Source: Candidatus Woesearchaeota archaeon
GTDB taxonomy: Archaea; Nanobdellota; Nanobdellia; SCGC-AAA011-G17; GW2011-AR17
Direction of reading: 5' to 3'
Length of the DNA stretch: 33,948 nt
Assembly: GCA_964358335.1 (NCBI GenBank)
Contig: CAYHOW010000002.1
Span: 1-33,948, forward strand
Below, in pieces: positions 8,313 to 16,477 of this stretch (its first letter is position 1; the number at the start of each line of letters is the position of its first letter). The notes beneath the pieces were generated by a model. That model ran no database searches. It was not told where the DNA came from and saw nothing but the letters and a program-made list of their open reading frames with translations. The position numbers were made by a program, and so were the translations under genes.

Positions 8313-10317
8313 AGATAATAAAAAACAAAGTAATCATTTAATTTCTATCGGAACAGATGGGGCTAAGAAGGTTCTTCATAGATATGATTATAAGAAGGCA
8401 ATTACCGAGTTTATTTGGAATGGTTTTGATGCTGGAGCAACCATAGTTAAAGTAAGTCTAAAACTTAATGATATTGGGATACTCAAAGAAATTATTATTG
8501 AAGATAATGGCAGTGGGATTGTTCATTCCGAACTTAATGACAAATTTAAGCCATTTTATGAATCAATCAAGGAAGATGAAGAGTATGAATCACATTCATC
8601 AAAATGTCATGGACGTAATGGATTAGGCAGACTTACATTTTTCACGTTCGCAAACTTTGCTGAATGGATAACAACTTATCAAAATAGAGATAAAAAATAC
8701 TGTTATTCTATATCTATCAAAGCTAATGAATTGAAAATATTTGAAAATTGCACTCCAAAGGAAGTAACGCAGAAGTCAATAGGAACAATCGTAAAGTTTA
8801 CAGGGATATTATCGTTTATGAACAATAAAGATATCATTGAGGAAATCATAAATTACTTGAAAGAAGAATTTTGCTGGTATCTTGAATTGAATTCCAATAG
8901 AGGAAGTAAAATAATTTTAAACGACAAAGAATTAGCTCATGATTCTAACATTAGAGAAACTGAAGAAAAAGACCTAAATATTCAGGATGTGAAGTTCAAG
9001 TTACATTATGTTGGATGGAAAAAACTACACAAAAGTGAGTTGTCAAAAATCTATTATCTTAAAGAAGAGAAAGATGAAACCTACAAGGAGTTTACACAAC
9101 TAAACCGCAAGAGTGATGGTTTTTTTCATAGTGTTTATGTCTCTAGTGTTTATTTTGATAGCTTTAAGTTTGAATCATCAAAAAATCAGTCAACATTGGG
9201 TGTAAAAGGCAAATCTGATAAGATTTTTAGATTATTGCTTGAGCAAATTAGAGATTTTCTCCTAATTAAAAGAAAACCGATTTTAAAAGAAAATTCAAAA
9301 GAATTCTTCAAAACAAACTATGAAAAAGAAGGCATCGTCACTTCTAAAGGAAAAGTTGGTCTTGAAAAATATAAAGCACAAGAAGTAAAAACTGCTATTG
9401 AAGAGATTTGGATAATTGAGCCAAAAATATTTAGTGGCTTGAATCATGAACAAAAAAAAGTAATGGCCAATTTTATTGAATTATCTCTGGACACTGGTGA
9501 GAGAGATAGGCTGATTGACATTATTGACAAGATTGTAAAATTGCAGCCGGCTGAAAGAGAACAATTGTATAATATATTTAAAGATGCAGAATTGTCATAT
9601 ATAATACGAATGTTGAACATGCTAACTACACGATTCAAAAACGTTGAGTGGTTAAAGCAAATAATTTTGAGGCAGGAACTTAATGCGAAGGAAGTTGCTC
9701 ATGTCCAAGGCATGATCGAAAAAATGACTTGGTTTTTTGGAGAGCAGTATGCAATGCTTGGCTCCGTTGAAGATAACTTTGAGAAGTTGTTAAAAAATTA
9801 TCTTATAAACCAAGATGATTTTTCGGAAATAACTCCTATGGCTGATCAAAACAAGAAGAAAGAAGTTGACTTGTTCTTATGCCGGAAAATGATAGACTCC
9901 AATTCGGTTGATAACTTAATCGTTGAATTGAAGAGACCATCTGTAAAATTAGGAAAAAAGCAAATTGAACAAATCGAAACATATATGCTTACTATTCTAA
10001 AAGAACCGCAATTTAACAATGTGTCAAATGCGACATGGACTTTTATTTTAGTTGGGACACATTTTGATACTGATGGCTACACAGAAAGTAGAATTGCGAG
10101 CCTGAAAAATCAAGGTATAAACGGATTAATTTTGCAAGACAAGAATTATAAGATTATTGTAAAAAAGTGGAGTGATTTGATGACTGATTTTGAAATACAA
10201 CATAATTTCCTACAGACAGAATTAAAATTAAATAGAGATAAGCTAGTCGCAAAAGAAAATAATGCAGATGAAATTATTAAAAAAGCGACTTTTGGACAAT
10301 ATTGGACAGATAAATGA
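8305..10317 (+). CDS. GHKL (HATPase_c_3/MORC-like) ATPase fused to a C-terminal PD-(D/E)xK-like nuclease
   Basis: EFIWNGFDAGA (N box), IEDNGSGI (G1), GRNGLGRL (G2), GTIV; C-terminal EVDLFL...IVELKRP...QIETY. Confidence 0.8.
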   Translation: MPEDNKKQSNHLISIGTDGAKKVLHRYDYKKAITEFIWNGFDAGATIVKVSLKLNDIGILKEIIIEDNGSGIVHSELNDKFKPFYESIKEDEEYESHSSKCHGRNGLGRLTFFTFANFAEWITTYQNRDKKYCYSISIKANELKIFENCTPKEVTQKSIGTIVKFTGILSFMNNKDIIEEIINYLKEEFCWYLELNSNRGSKIILNDKELAHDSNIRETEEKDLNIQDVKFKLHYVGWKKLHKSELSKIYYLKEEKDETYKEFTQLNRKSDGFFHSVYVSSVYFDSFKFESSKNQSTLGVKGKSDKIFRLLLEQIRDFLLIKRKPILKENSKEFFKTNYEKEGIVTSKGKVGLEKYKAQEVKTAIEEIWIIEPKIFSGLNHEQKKVMANFIELSLDTGERDRLIDIIDKIVKLQPAEREQLYNIFKDAELSYIIRMLNMLTTRFKNVEWLKQIILRQELNAKEVAHVQGMIEKMTWFFGEQYAMLGSVEDNFEKLLKNYLINQDDFSEITPMADQNKKKEVDLFLCRKMIDSNSVDNLIVELKRPSVKLGKKQIEQIETYMLTILKEPQFNNVSNATWTFILVGTHFDTDGYTESRIASLKNQGINGLILQDKNYKIIVKKWSDLMTDFEIQHNFLQTELKLNRDKLVAKENNADEIIKKATFGQYWTDK

Positions 10318-10326
10318 GGTGCTACA

Positions 10327-10385
10327 ATGCTAAACTCACAAACCAAAATCAAGAATAAGAAGACTTTTAGAGGTGAACTAATATG
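10327..10385 (+). repeat. Spacer A: hsdM 5' stub + hsdS 3'-like stub
   Basis: atgctaaactcacaaaccaaaatcaagaat resembles 14221-14249; followed by aag aag act ttt aga ggt gaa cta (KKTFRGEL). Confidence 0.7.
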
Positions 10386-10640
10386 GGCGAAGAGCACTCC
10401 ATAAAATTATTCGAAAGCAAGAAAGTTAGGGTTCAATGGGTTGAGGAAGATCAAAAGTGGTACTTTTCAATAATAGACGTAATAGCCATACTTACAGATA
10501 GCCCCAATCCAAGGAAGTATTGGAGCGTCCTTAAAACTAGGCTAAAGGCAGAAGGAAGCCAGTTGGCTACAAATTGTAGTCAACTGAAAATGGAGTCCTT
10601 AGATAGAAGATAAGCCAACAAAAAAGAAGGTAAGCTAAAA
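10383..10640 (+). pseudogene. Internally deleted Bro-N gene (5' part plus last ~24 bp)
   Basis: 76-aa ORF (10383-10613) closely similar to the N-terminus of 11577-12455; 10617-10640 matches 11499-11522 at 23/24 nt. Confidence 0.8.
10560..10586. repeat. 27-bp Bro-N palindrome, copy 1
   Basis: cagttggctaca-aat-tgtagtcaactg, 11/12 symmetric. Confidence 0.85.
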
Positions 10641-10686
10641 ATGCCGTACTCAGAAATAAAATCAATAAAAAGGAGGCGAACTCATG
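10641..10686 (+). repeat. Spacer B: degenerate hsdM 5' stub + short hsdS 3'-like stub
   Basis: atgccgtactcagaaataaaatcaa (MPYSEIKS vs MLDSELKS) then ggc gaa ctc atg (GEL). Confidence 0.6.
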
Positions 10687-11520
10687 GATGAAAATAATGC
10701 GCTCGTGGTATTTCAAACCAAAAAGATAAGAAGGGCCTGGCACAATAATGAATGGTATTTCTCTGTTGTTGATGTGGTTGAGGCTCTAACCGACAGCCCA
10801 AGCCCAAGGCAGTATTGGGGCGTATTAAAGGGGAGGGAAAGTCAGTTGTTAACATTTTGTTTACAACTGAAATTGCTTTCGGCAGATGGCAAATATTATG
10901 CTTCAGACTGCGCTAATACCAAGAATATATTTAGGATCATTCAATCTATTCCATCCCCTAAAGCTGAGCCCTTCAAGCAATGGCTGGCCCAAGTGGGTTA
11001 TGAGCGAGTTCAAGAAATAGAAAATCCCGAGTTAGCCACAAAGCGCATGAAAGAGATATATAAGGCAAAAGGCTATTCAGAAGATTGGATTGAGAAAAGA
11101 GTAAGGGGCATAGCTGTAAGGGATGAATTAACCGATGAATGGAAAAAACGAGGAGTACAAGAAGAAAGAGAATTCGCAATCTTAACTGCTGAAATATCTA
11201 AAGCAACATTTGGGATGACTCCTGGCGAATATCAACAGTTCAAGGGATTAAAAAAAGAAAACCTAAGGGACCATATGAACGATTTAGAATTGATATTTTC
11301 CATGCTTGGCGAAAGGGCTACTACAGAGATAGCCAGAACAAAGGATACGCTGGGGTTTGTAGAAAATAAGAATGCCGCCATCAAAGGCGGGAATATTGCA
11401 GGAGAGGCGCGAAATAAACTTGAGGTTGAAACAAAAAGAAAGGTAATTAGCCCTGAAAATTATCTTGATGCTCCAGAAAAAGAGAAAAGAAAGCAAATAA
11501 CAAAAAAGAAGGTAAACTAA
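10684..11520 (+). CDS. Bro-N domain DNA-binding protein (antirepressor-like)
   Basis: FQTKKIRRAW...WYFSVVDVV..LTDS...RIIQSIPSPKAEPFKQWLA...NLRDHM. Confidence 0.88.
   Translation: MDENNALVVFQTKKIRRAWHNNEWYFSVVDVVEALTDSPSPRQYWGVLKGRESQLLTFCLQLKLLSADGKYYASDCANTKNIFRIIQSIPSPKAEPFKQWLAQVGYERVQEIENPELATKRMKEIYKAKGYSEDWIEKRVRGIAVRDELTDEWKKRGVQEEREFAILTAEISKATFGMTPGEYQQFKGLKKENLRDHMNDLELIFSMLGERATTEIARTKDTLGFVENKNAAIKGGNIAGEARNKLEVETKRKVISPENYLDAPEKEKRKQITKKKVN
10843..10869. repeat. 27-bp Bro-N palindrome, copy 2
   Basis: cagttgttaaca-ttt-tgtttacaactg, 11/12 symmetric. Confidence 0.85.
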
Positions 11521-11521
11521 A

Positions 11522-11579
11522 ATGCTAGACTCAGAACTGAAATCAAAAATAAGAAGCCTTTCAAAGGTGAACTAACATG
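11522..11579 (+). repeat. Spacer C: hsdM 5' stub + hsdS 3'-like stub
   Basis: atgctagactcagaactgaaatcaaaaat (MLDSELKSKI, same peptide as the HsdM start) then aag aag cct ttc aaa ggt gaa cta aca tga (KKPFKGELT*). Confidence 0.85.
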
Positions 11580-12455
11580 AACAAAGAGCACTCCATAAAA
11601 TTATTCGAAAACAAAAATGTAAGGGTTGAATGGAACCCAGCAGAGGAAAAGTGGTACTTCTCAATAGTTGACGTAATAGCTATACTTACAGATAGCCCCA
11701 ATCCAAACAATTATTGGAAAGTGCTGAAATTCAGGCTGAAAAATGAGGGAAATGAGTCGGTTACAAAATGTAACCAACTGAAACTGCAGTCATCAGACGG
11801 AAAATTTTATCTCACAGATGTCGGCGATACAGAGCAAATCCTAAGATTAGTGCAGTCAATACCTTCAAAGAAAGCAGAGCCGTTCAAGGCATGGCTGGCG
11901 AAGGTAGGCAACGAGAGGATAAATGAGACGTACGACCCCGAGCTTGCATTCGACAGGGCGATGAAGACATACCTCCAAAAAGGGTATTCAAAAGAGTGGA
12001 TAAACCAGAGATTAAAGACAATTGAAGTAAGGAAAGAGCTTACAGACGAATGGAACAGGGCGGGGATAGAAAAAGACTCAGACTTTGCCATTCTCACTAA
12101 CGAGATCACCAAGGCGTGGTCTGGCAAGACAGTAGCTGAATACAAGCAGCTGAAGAACCTTAAGAAGGAAAATCTCCGGGACAACATGACTAATATGGAG
12201 CTTGTCTTGAATATGCTTGCGGAAGCCACAACATCTGAAATATCAAAGAATGAGAGCCCTTCGCAATTTGAAGAAAGCAGGAATATAGCTATCAGGGGAG
12301 GGACTGTTGCGGGAAACACAAGGAAAGAGATTGAGAGGCAGCTTGGAAAAACCATAATCAGCCCGAAAAACGCAAAAGATAACATGCTGGAATTATCCAA
12401 GGAAGATAAATTGGGTATTGAACATAAGCCCAAAACGAAAAGGAAGGATGACTAA
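11577..12455 (+). CDS. Bro-N domain DNA-binding protein (paralog of 10684-11520)
   Basis: WYFSIVDVIAILTDS...RLVQSIPSKKAEPFKAWLA...NLRDNM. Confidence 0.88.
   Translation: MNKEHSIKLFENKNVRVEWNPAEEKWYFSIVDVIAILTDSPNPNNYWKVLKFRLKNEGNESVTKCNQLKLQSSDGKFYLTDVGDTEQILRLVQSIPSKKAEPFKAWLAKVGNERINETYDPELAFDRAMKTYLQKGYSKEWINQRLKTIEVRKELTDEWNRAGIEKDSDFAILTNEITKAWSGKTVAEYKQLKNLKKENLRDNMTNMELVLNMLAEATTSEISKNESPSQFEESRNIAIRGGTVAGNTRKEIERQLGKTIISPKNAKDNMLELSKEDKLGIEHKPKTKRKDD
11754..11780. repeat. 27-bp Bro-N palindrome, copy 3
   Basis: gagtcggttaca-aaa-tgtaaccaactg, 10/12 symmetric. Confidence 0.8.
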
Positions 12456-12456
12456 A

Positions 12457-12678
12457 ATGCTAGACTCGGAACTGAAATCAAAAATTAACCTGTTCTGGAA
12501 CAAATTCTGGAGCGGTGGAATCTCAAACCCTCTCCATGAGATAGAGCAGATGTCTTATTTGATCTTCATGAAAGGACTAGAAGATGAGGATGTCGCAAGA
12601 GAGCAGAACGCCAAATTAAAGGAGGAAGGTTTTGAGTTGTACGATAAAATCGTACAGCTGAAATTAGTGAGGGCATAG
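12457..12678 (+). pseudogene. Truncated hsdM 5' copy (54 codons) fused in frame to an internal Bro-N fragment
   Basis: 50/54 aa identical to the start of HsdM 14221, then KEEGFELYDKIVQLKL, which aligns with Bro-N KAEGSQLATNCSQLKM / KNEGNESVTKCNQLKL. Confidence 0.85.
12634..12660. repeat. 27-bp Bro-N palindrome, copy 4
   Basis: gagttgtacgat-aaa-atcgtacagctg, 10/12 symmetric. Confidence 0.8.
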
Positions 12679-12683
12679 CCAAC

Positions 12684-12698
12684 CGAAACTTTTATAAA
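12684..12698 (+). promoter_or_regulatory. Putative BRE/TATA promoter of the MNT-HEPN operon
   Basis: cgaaact-tttataaa about 30 nt before ATG 12730. Confidence 0.5.
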
Positions 12699-12729
12699 TG
12701 ATACTAAACTAGTACCAATTGATACCAAA

Positions 12730-13323
12730 ATGGAAACAAGAATAAAGATTATCGATGCATTGGACAAAAACAAGAAAGGGGTCCATATTCGCGAGCTTGC
12801 AAGACTTGTAGAAACCAGCTATAATAATACCGTCAGGAATATAAAAATACTTGAAAAAGAAAATGCCATCAGAAAAGAAAAAGAGGCAAACCTAATCAAA
12901 ATAAGGCTGAAAAATAGCCTGATGACAGTCGCCTACTTAAAGCAGGCGCATACTGAAAACTTCTTAAAATTGCCGAAAAAGATAATTATGGCAATAACTG
13001 AATTTCTTAATGAATTACAGGAAAAGCCGCTAATCGCACTTATTTTTGGCTCATTTGCCAAAGGAAGCTATGGCTCCGGCTCAGATATTGACATATTGCT
13101 TGTCTTTCAAAAAATAATCAATCAGAATGATATTGAAAATACTGCAAAAAGGATAAGCATGAGAACAAACACTCGGCTAAGCCCTGTGTATGTGGATTAT
13201 GAAAGCTTTCAAAAAAACTTCTTAAGCAAGGATCATGCTTTCTCAAATGAAATCAGGCAGAATGTAATCATTTTTACAGGAATAGAGCATTATTACCGCC
13301 TTTCGTGGGAGTTTTTAGAATGA
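12730..13323 (+). CDS. wHTH + minimal nucleotidyltransferase (MNT) antitoxin
   Basis: N-terminal HIRELARLV HTH; IFGSFAKG...SDIDILLV pol-beta NTase motif. Confidence 0.88.
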   Translation: METRIKIIDALDKNKKGVHIRELARLVETSYNNTVRNIKILEKENAIRKEKEANLIKIRLKNSLMTVAYLKQAHTENFLKLPKKIIMAITEFLNELQEKPLIALIFGSFAKGSYGSGSDIDILLVFQKIINQNDIENTAKRISMRTNTRLSPVYVDYESFQKNFLSKDHAFSNEIRQNVIIFTGIEHYYRLSWEFLE

Positions 13324-13877
13324 AATTTGATACAAAAAGATTAACTAAAGAAAAGGAATATTGTGAAGAATTGTTTAATTATTATATTAAAATAAAAACT
13401 CTCAGGAAAACAAATCCGGATTATAAAAAGTATATTGATAAAGCTCTCTCAAATCTTGAGTTGGCAAACTTTTTATTGGAAGAGCATAGCTTTTCAATCA
13501 AAGAAAAGCTGCCAGGTAGAAAATACTTTGATTGGTGCATAACCATTTATTACTATTCCATCTATCATACTTCCCTTGCCTTGCTTGCCAAGTTAGGATA
13601 TAAGTCAAATAGCCATTTGGCTACTTTATCAGCTATCACCTTATTTTACTATCATAAAGACAATGTGCTACAGAAAGAGGACATTGACTTTCTCATGGAA
13701 AAGGTAAATCTTGAAGAAAAAGAGATAGATTTTGTAATCGAATCAAAAGACTTAAGGGAAAGGGCTTGTTATGGAGTCGATGAATTATTTAATATTTCAA
13801 TTGCAAGGCTGCTTCAAACGCAGACAGCTGAATTTGTAAATAAGATAAAAGAATTGCTCATAGGTGAAGACAGATGA
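13320..13877 (+). CDS. HEPN domain protein (toxin partner); ATG 13320 preferred over 13305
   Basis: W..TIYYYSIYH..LALL, SH, LRERACY (Rx4Y); ATGA overlap with MNT gene. Confidence 0.82.
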   Translation: MKFDTKRLTKEKEYCEELFNYYIKIKTLRKTNPDYKKYIDKALSNLELANFLLEEHSFSIKEKLPGRKYFDWCITIYYYSIYHTSLALLAKLGYKSNSHLATLSAITLFYYHKDNVLQKEDIDFLMEKVNLEEKEIDFVIESKDLRERACYGVDELFNISIARLLQTQTAEFVNKIKELLIGEDR

Positions 13878-14221
13878 ATATTTTCAAAATAGAATATTAC
13901 TGGCCTGAGGATGAGCATGGCGAGACTTTGCTTGGAAAAGATATAGAGCAAAAGGAATTTGAACAGGACTTGATAAAAGCAAAAGAATTTGCAGAAAGCC
14001 TTATCGGAAAAGAGATTAAAGAGGGAGAATATTTGGGCAAAGGATATAGAATTGATTGCTTGCCGGAATATTATGAGCAAATTATTTGGTTTCTCGTTGA
14101 AAAATTAGGGTATATTAAATGTGGGTTTGATAATAACATTAGTTATAATATAGATGATTCTTATGGTAAAAAGATATCAATAAGCAAATCAGAAAAAAAG
14201 ATCAAAAGGAGTGAAATCTAA
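13874..14221 (+). CDS. Hypothetical protein
   Basis: 115 aa, translationally coupled at both ends. Confidence 0.65.
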   Translation: MNIFKIEYYWPEDEHGETLLGKDIEQKEFEQDLIKAKEFAESLIGKEIKEGEYLGKGYRIDCLPEYYEQIIWFLVEKLGYIKCGFDNNISYNIDDSYGKKISISKSEKKIKRSEI

Positions 14222-15696
14222 TGCTGGACTCGGAACTAAAATCAAAAATCAACCTGTTATGGAACAAATTCTGGAGCGGCGGCATCTCAAACCCTCTCCA
14301 GGCAATAGAGCAGATGTCTTATTTGATCTTCATGAAGCAGCTGGAAGATGAGGATGTTGCAAGAGAGCAGAACGCAAAACTCTTGGGGAATAGGCATGTA
14401 TCCATTTTCAAGGGGAATGAAGGCTGCAAATGGTCTAAATGGACAGAAATGCCCGCAGAGCCGATGCTAGAGCACGTAAGGGATAAGGTATTCCCTTTCT
14501 TAAGGAAGTTAAACGGCGGAGAGAAATCCATCTATAACAAGTACATGAAAAACGCCTCTTTCTCAATACCCACTGCATCACTATTGGCAGAAGCTGTAAA
14601 GATAATCAATGACATGCACATTAAGGAGCAGAACAGGGATACCAAGGGGGACCTCTACGAATATCTTCTAGGCCAGCTGGCAACCGCAGGAAAGAACGGC
14701 CAATTCAGGACCCCAAGGCATATAATCAAAATGATGGTCGAGCTCTTAAACCCTAAATACGGGGATAAGGTCTGCGATCCAGCTTGCGGAACAGCAGGCT
14801 TTTTAGTTTCCGCCTTTGAGCATATCCTAAAGAGCAATACCTCTTCCGACCTGGTAAGGGAAGGAAACTTTGCAGGGGACAAGCTCAATGAAAACCAGTG
14901 GAGAATATTAAGGGATGAAACCCTTTACGGCTATGATTTTGACGAAGTCATGCTTAAAATCTCTTTGATGAACTTGATGATGCACGGGATTAACAACCCG
15001 AACGTTGACCAAAAGAATACATTGTCAAAAAGGTTTGACGAGGCAAACTGCTATGATGTAATCTTAGCAAACCCCCCATTCAAAGGGAGCATCGACGAGT
15101 CCGAAATAGGGGAAAACTTCAGGACACAGACCAAGAAGACAGAGCTGTTATTCCTGGAATTAATGTACAATCTGCTGACAAACAGCGGGAGATGCATCGT
15201 TATTGTTCCAGACGGGGTCTTATTCGGGAATTCAAAAGCGCATAAGAATATAAGGGAACTGTTGCTGGAAAAATGCAGGCTAGATGCCGTCATATCAATG
15301 CCCTCGGGCGTATTCAAGCCATATGCTGGGGTATCTACTGCGGTCCTTCACTTTACCAAAGGGGAGCCGACAAAAGAAGTCTGGTTCTATGGCATGGAAG
15401 CGGATGGATTCAGCCTGGATGACAAAAGAACAGAGCAGGCGGATAGAAATGACATCCCTGACATAATTGAAAGGTTCAGGAATAGGCATAAGGAAAAGCC
15501 GACAGACAGGAAGAAAAAATGCTTCCTTGTGCCTGTCAAGGAAATCAAGGGCAACAATTATGACCTGAGCATCTCTAAGTACAAGGAAATAGAGTATGAG
15601 GAAGTGAAGTACGAGAAGCCGGAATTAATCAAAAAGAAGATACTGGAGCTGGAAGCCAATATTATTGAGCAATTGAAGGGATTGAAGATTGCTTGA
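14221..15696 (+). CDS. hsdM: Type I R-M N6-adenine methyltransferase subunit
   Basis: FWSGGISNPL, GQFRTPRHII, DPACGTAGF (motif I), NPPF (motif IV), VPDGVLFG. Confidence 0.96.
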   Translation: MLDSELKSKINLLWNKFWSGGISNPLQAIEQMSYLIFMKQLEDEDVAREQNAKLLGNRHVSIFKGNEGCKWSKWTEMPAEPMLEHVRDKVFPFLRKLNGGEKSIYNKYMKNASFSIPTASLLAEAVKIINDMHIKEQNRDTKGDLYEYLLGQLATAGKNGQFRTPRHIIKMMVELLNPKYGDKVCDPACGTAGFLVSAFEHILKSNTSSDLVREGNFAGDKLNENQWRILRDETLYGYDFDEVMLKISLMNLMMHGINNPNVDQKNTLSKRFDEANCYDVILANPPFKGSIDESEIGENFRTQTKKTELLFLELMYNLLTNSGRCIVIVPDGVLFGNSKAHKNIRELLLEKCRLDAVISMPSGVFKPYAGVSTAVLHFTKGEPTKEVWFYGMEADGFSLDDKRTEQADRNDIPDIIERFRNRHKEKPTDRKKKCFLVPVKEIKGNNYDLSISKYKEIEYEEVKYEKPELIKKKILELEANIIEQLKGLKIA

Positions 15697-15723
15697 GCTA
15701 ACAAAATCAAGGAGGAACTTAGC

Positions 15724-16137
15724 ATGGAATTGCCGCATGGAATGGAGCCTATGGTATTTAGCTTTGTGCATTATCGTGTAAACGACTTCGACAGCGTCTT
15801 GTCTTTTCTCAAGGGGCTTGAGAAGAATGGGCTATTTGTAATGGATGAGCTGGATATCAAGTCGCATAAATTGTCCGGCGCCTTCGTCAGGGGATATCCT
15901 AAAGGCCATTTGAGCCTGTTCTCTAGGATGTTAGGGGCCAAACAGGTAATTGGCGGAGCCCAAATCAAGGATGGGCATCTGGAGATAGACGCAAAAACAA
16001 GGAGTGGCCTATCCGGCTTAAGGGACGAGATTGAAAATGCCCTTGGCGGCCTTATTGAATTCGAGCGGGAAGAGTTCCAAGACGTAATGGAGATGTTCAA
16101 GAAAAATGAAGCAAAAGCCAAGTCAAAAACAAGATAA
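15724..16137 (+). CDS. Hypothetical protein
   Basis: 137-aa ORF with ggagg SD-like motif upstream. Confidence 0.6.
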   Translation: MELPHGMEPMVFSFVHYRVNDFDSVLSFLKGLEKNGLFVMDELDIKSHKLSGAFVRGYPKGHLSLFSRMLGAKQVIGGAQIKDGHLEIDAKTRSGLSGLRDEIENALGGLIEFEREEFQDVMEMFKKNEAKAKSKTR

Positions 16138-16477
16138 GGTATTCAAGAGGGACTTCATCGGCACGTGGCGCATCACCAAGATGAGCGAGTGGGACAATGA
16201 TTATCTCGACATGGAAGTGAAGGCGTTCATAAGGATAGGGAATTCGGGTGAAGGCGAGTTCCAGTTTGGGGTAGTGCAGTGCACGGCGTATGGCGATTTT
16301 GAGAAGCGGGAAGGGAGCATCGTGTATGACTTCACGTTTGAGGGTGGCGACGAGGGTGATGACGTTTCTGGCGACGGCTGGATGAGGATAGTTGGGAACG
16401 GAAATGCAGAGGGGAAAATAAGGTTCCATGGCGGGGACAAGTCGATGTTCTGGGCAAAAAAGGCTAAGCAAAAATGA
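16106..16477 (+). CDS. Hypothetical beta-rich protein
   Basis: IGTWRITKMSEWD...GEFQFG...F.GGDEGDDVSGDGW...HGGD.S.F; ATGA overlap with next gene. Confidence 0.7.
   Translation: MKQKPSQKQDKVFKRDFIGTWRITKMSEWDNDYLDMEVKAFIRIGNSGEGEFQFGVVQCTAYGDFEKREGSIVYDFTFEGGDEGDDVSGDGWMRIVGNGNAEGKIRFHGGDKSMFWAKKAKQK

Noticed and set aside
12418-12456. ORF-track start at 12418 for the hsdM stub
   Set aside because: Overlaps the Bro-N gene; the homologous start is ATG 12457
6476-12672. Exact 12-mer aaattagtgagg at 6476 and 12661
   Set aside because: 12-bp matches are expected by chance in 34 kb of AT-rich DNA and this one does not extend
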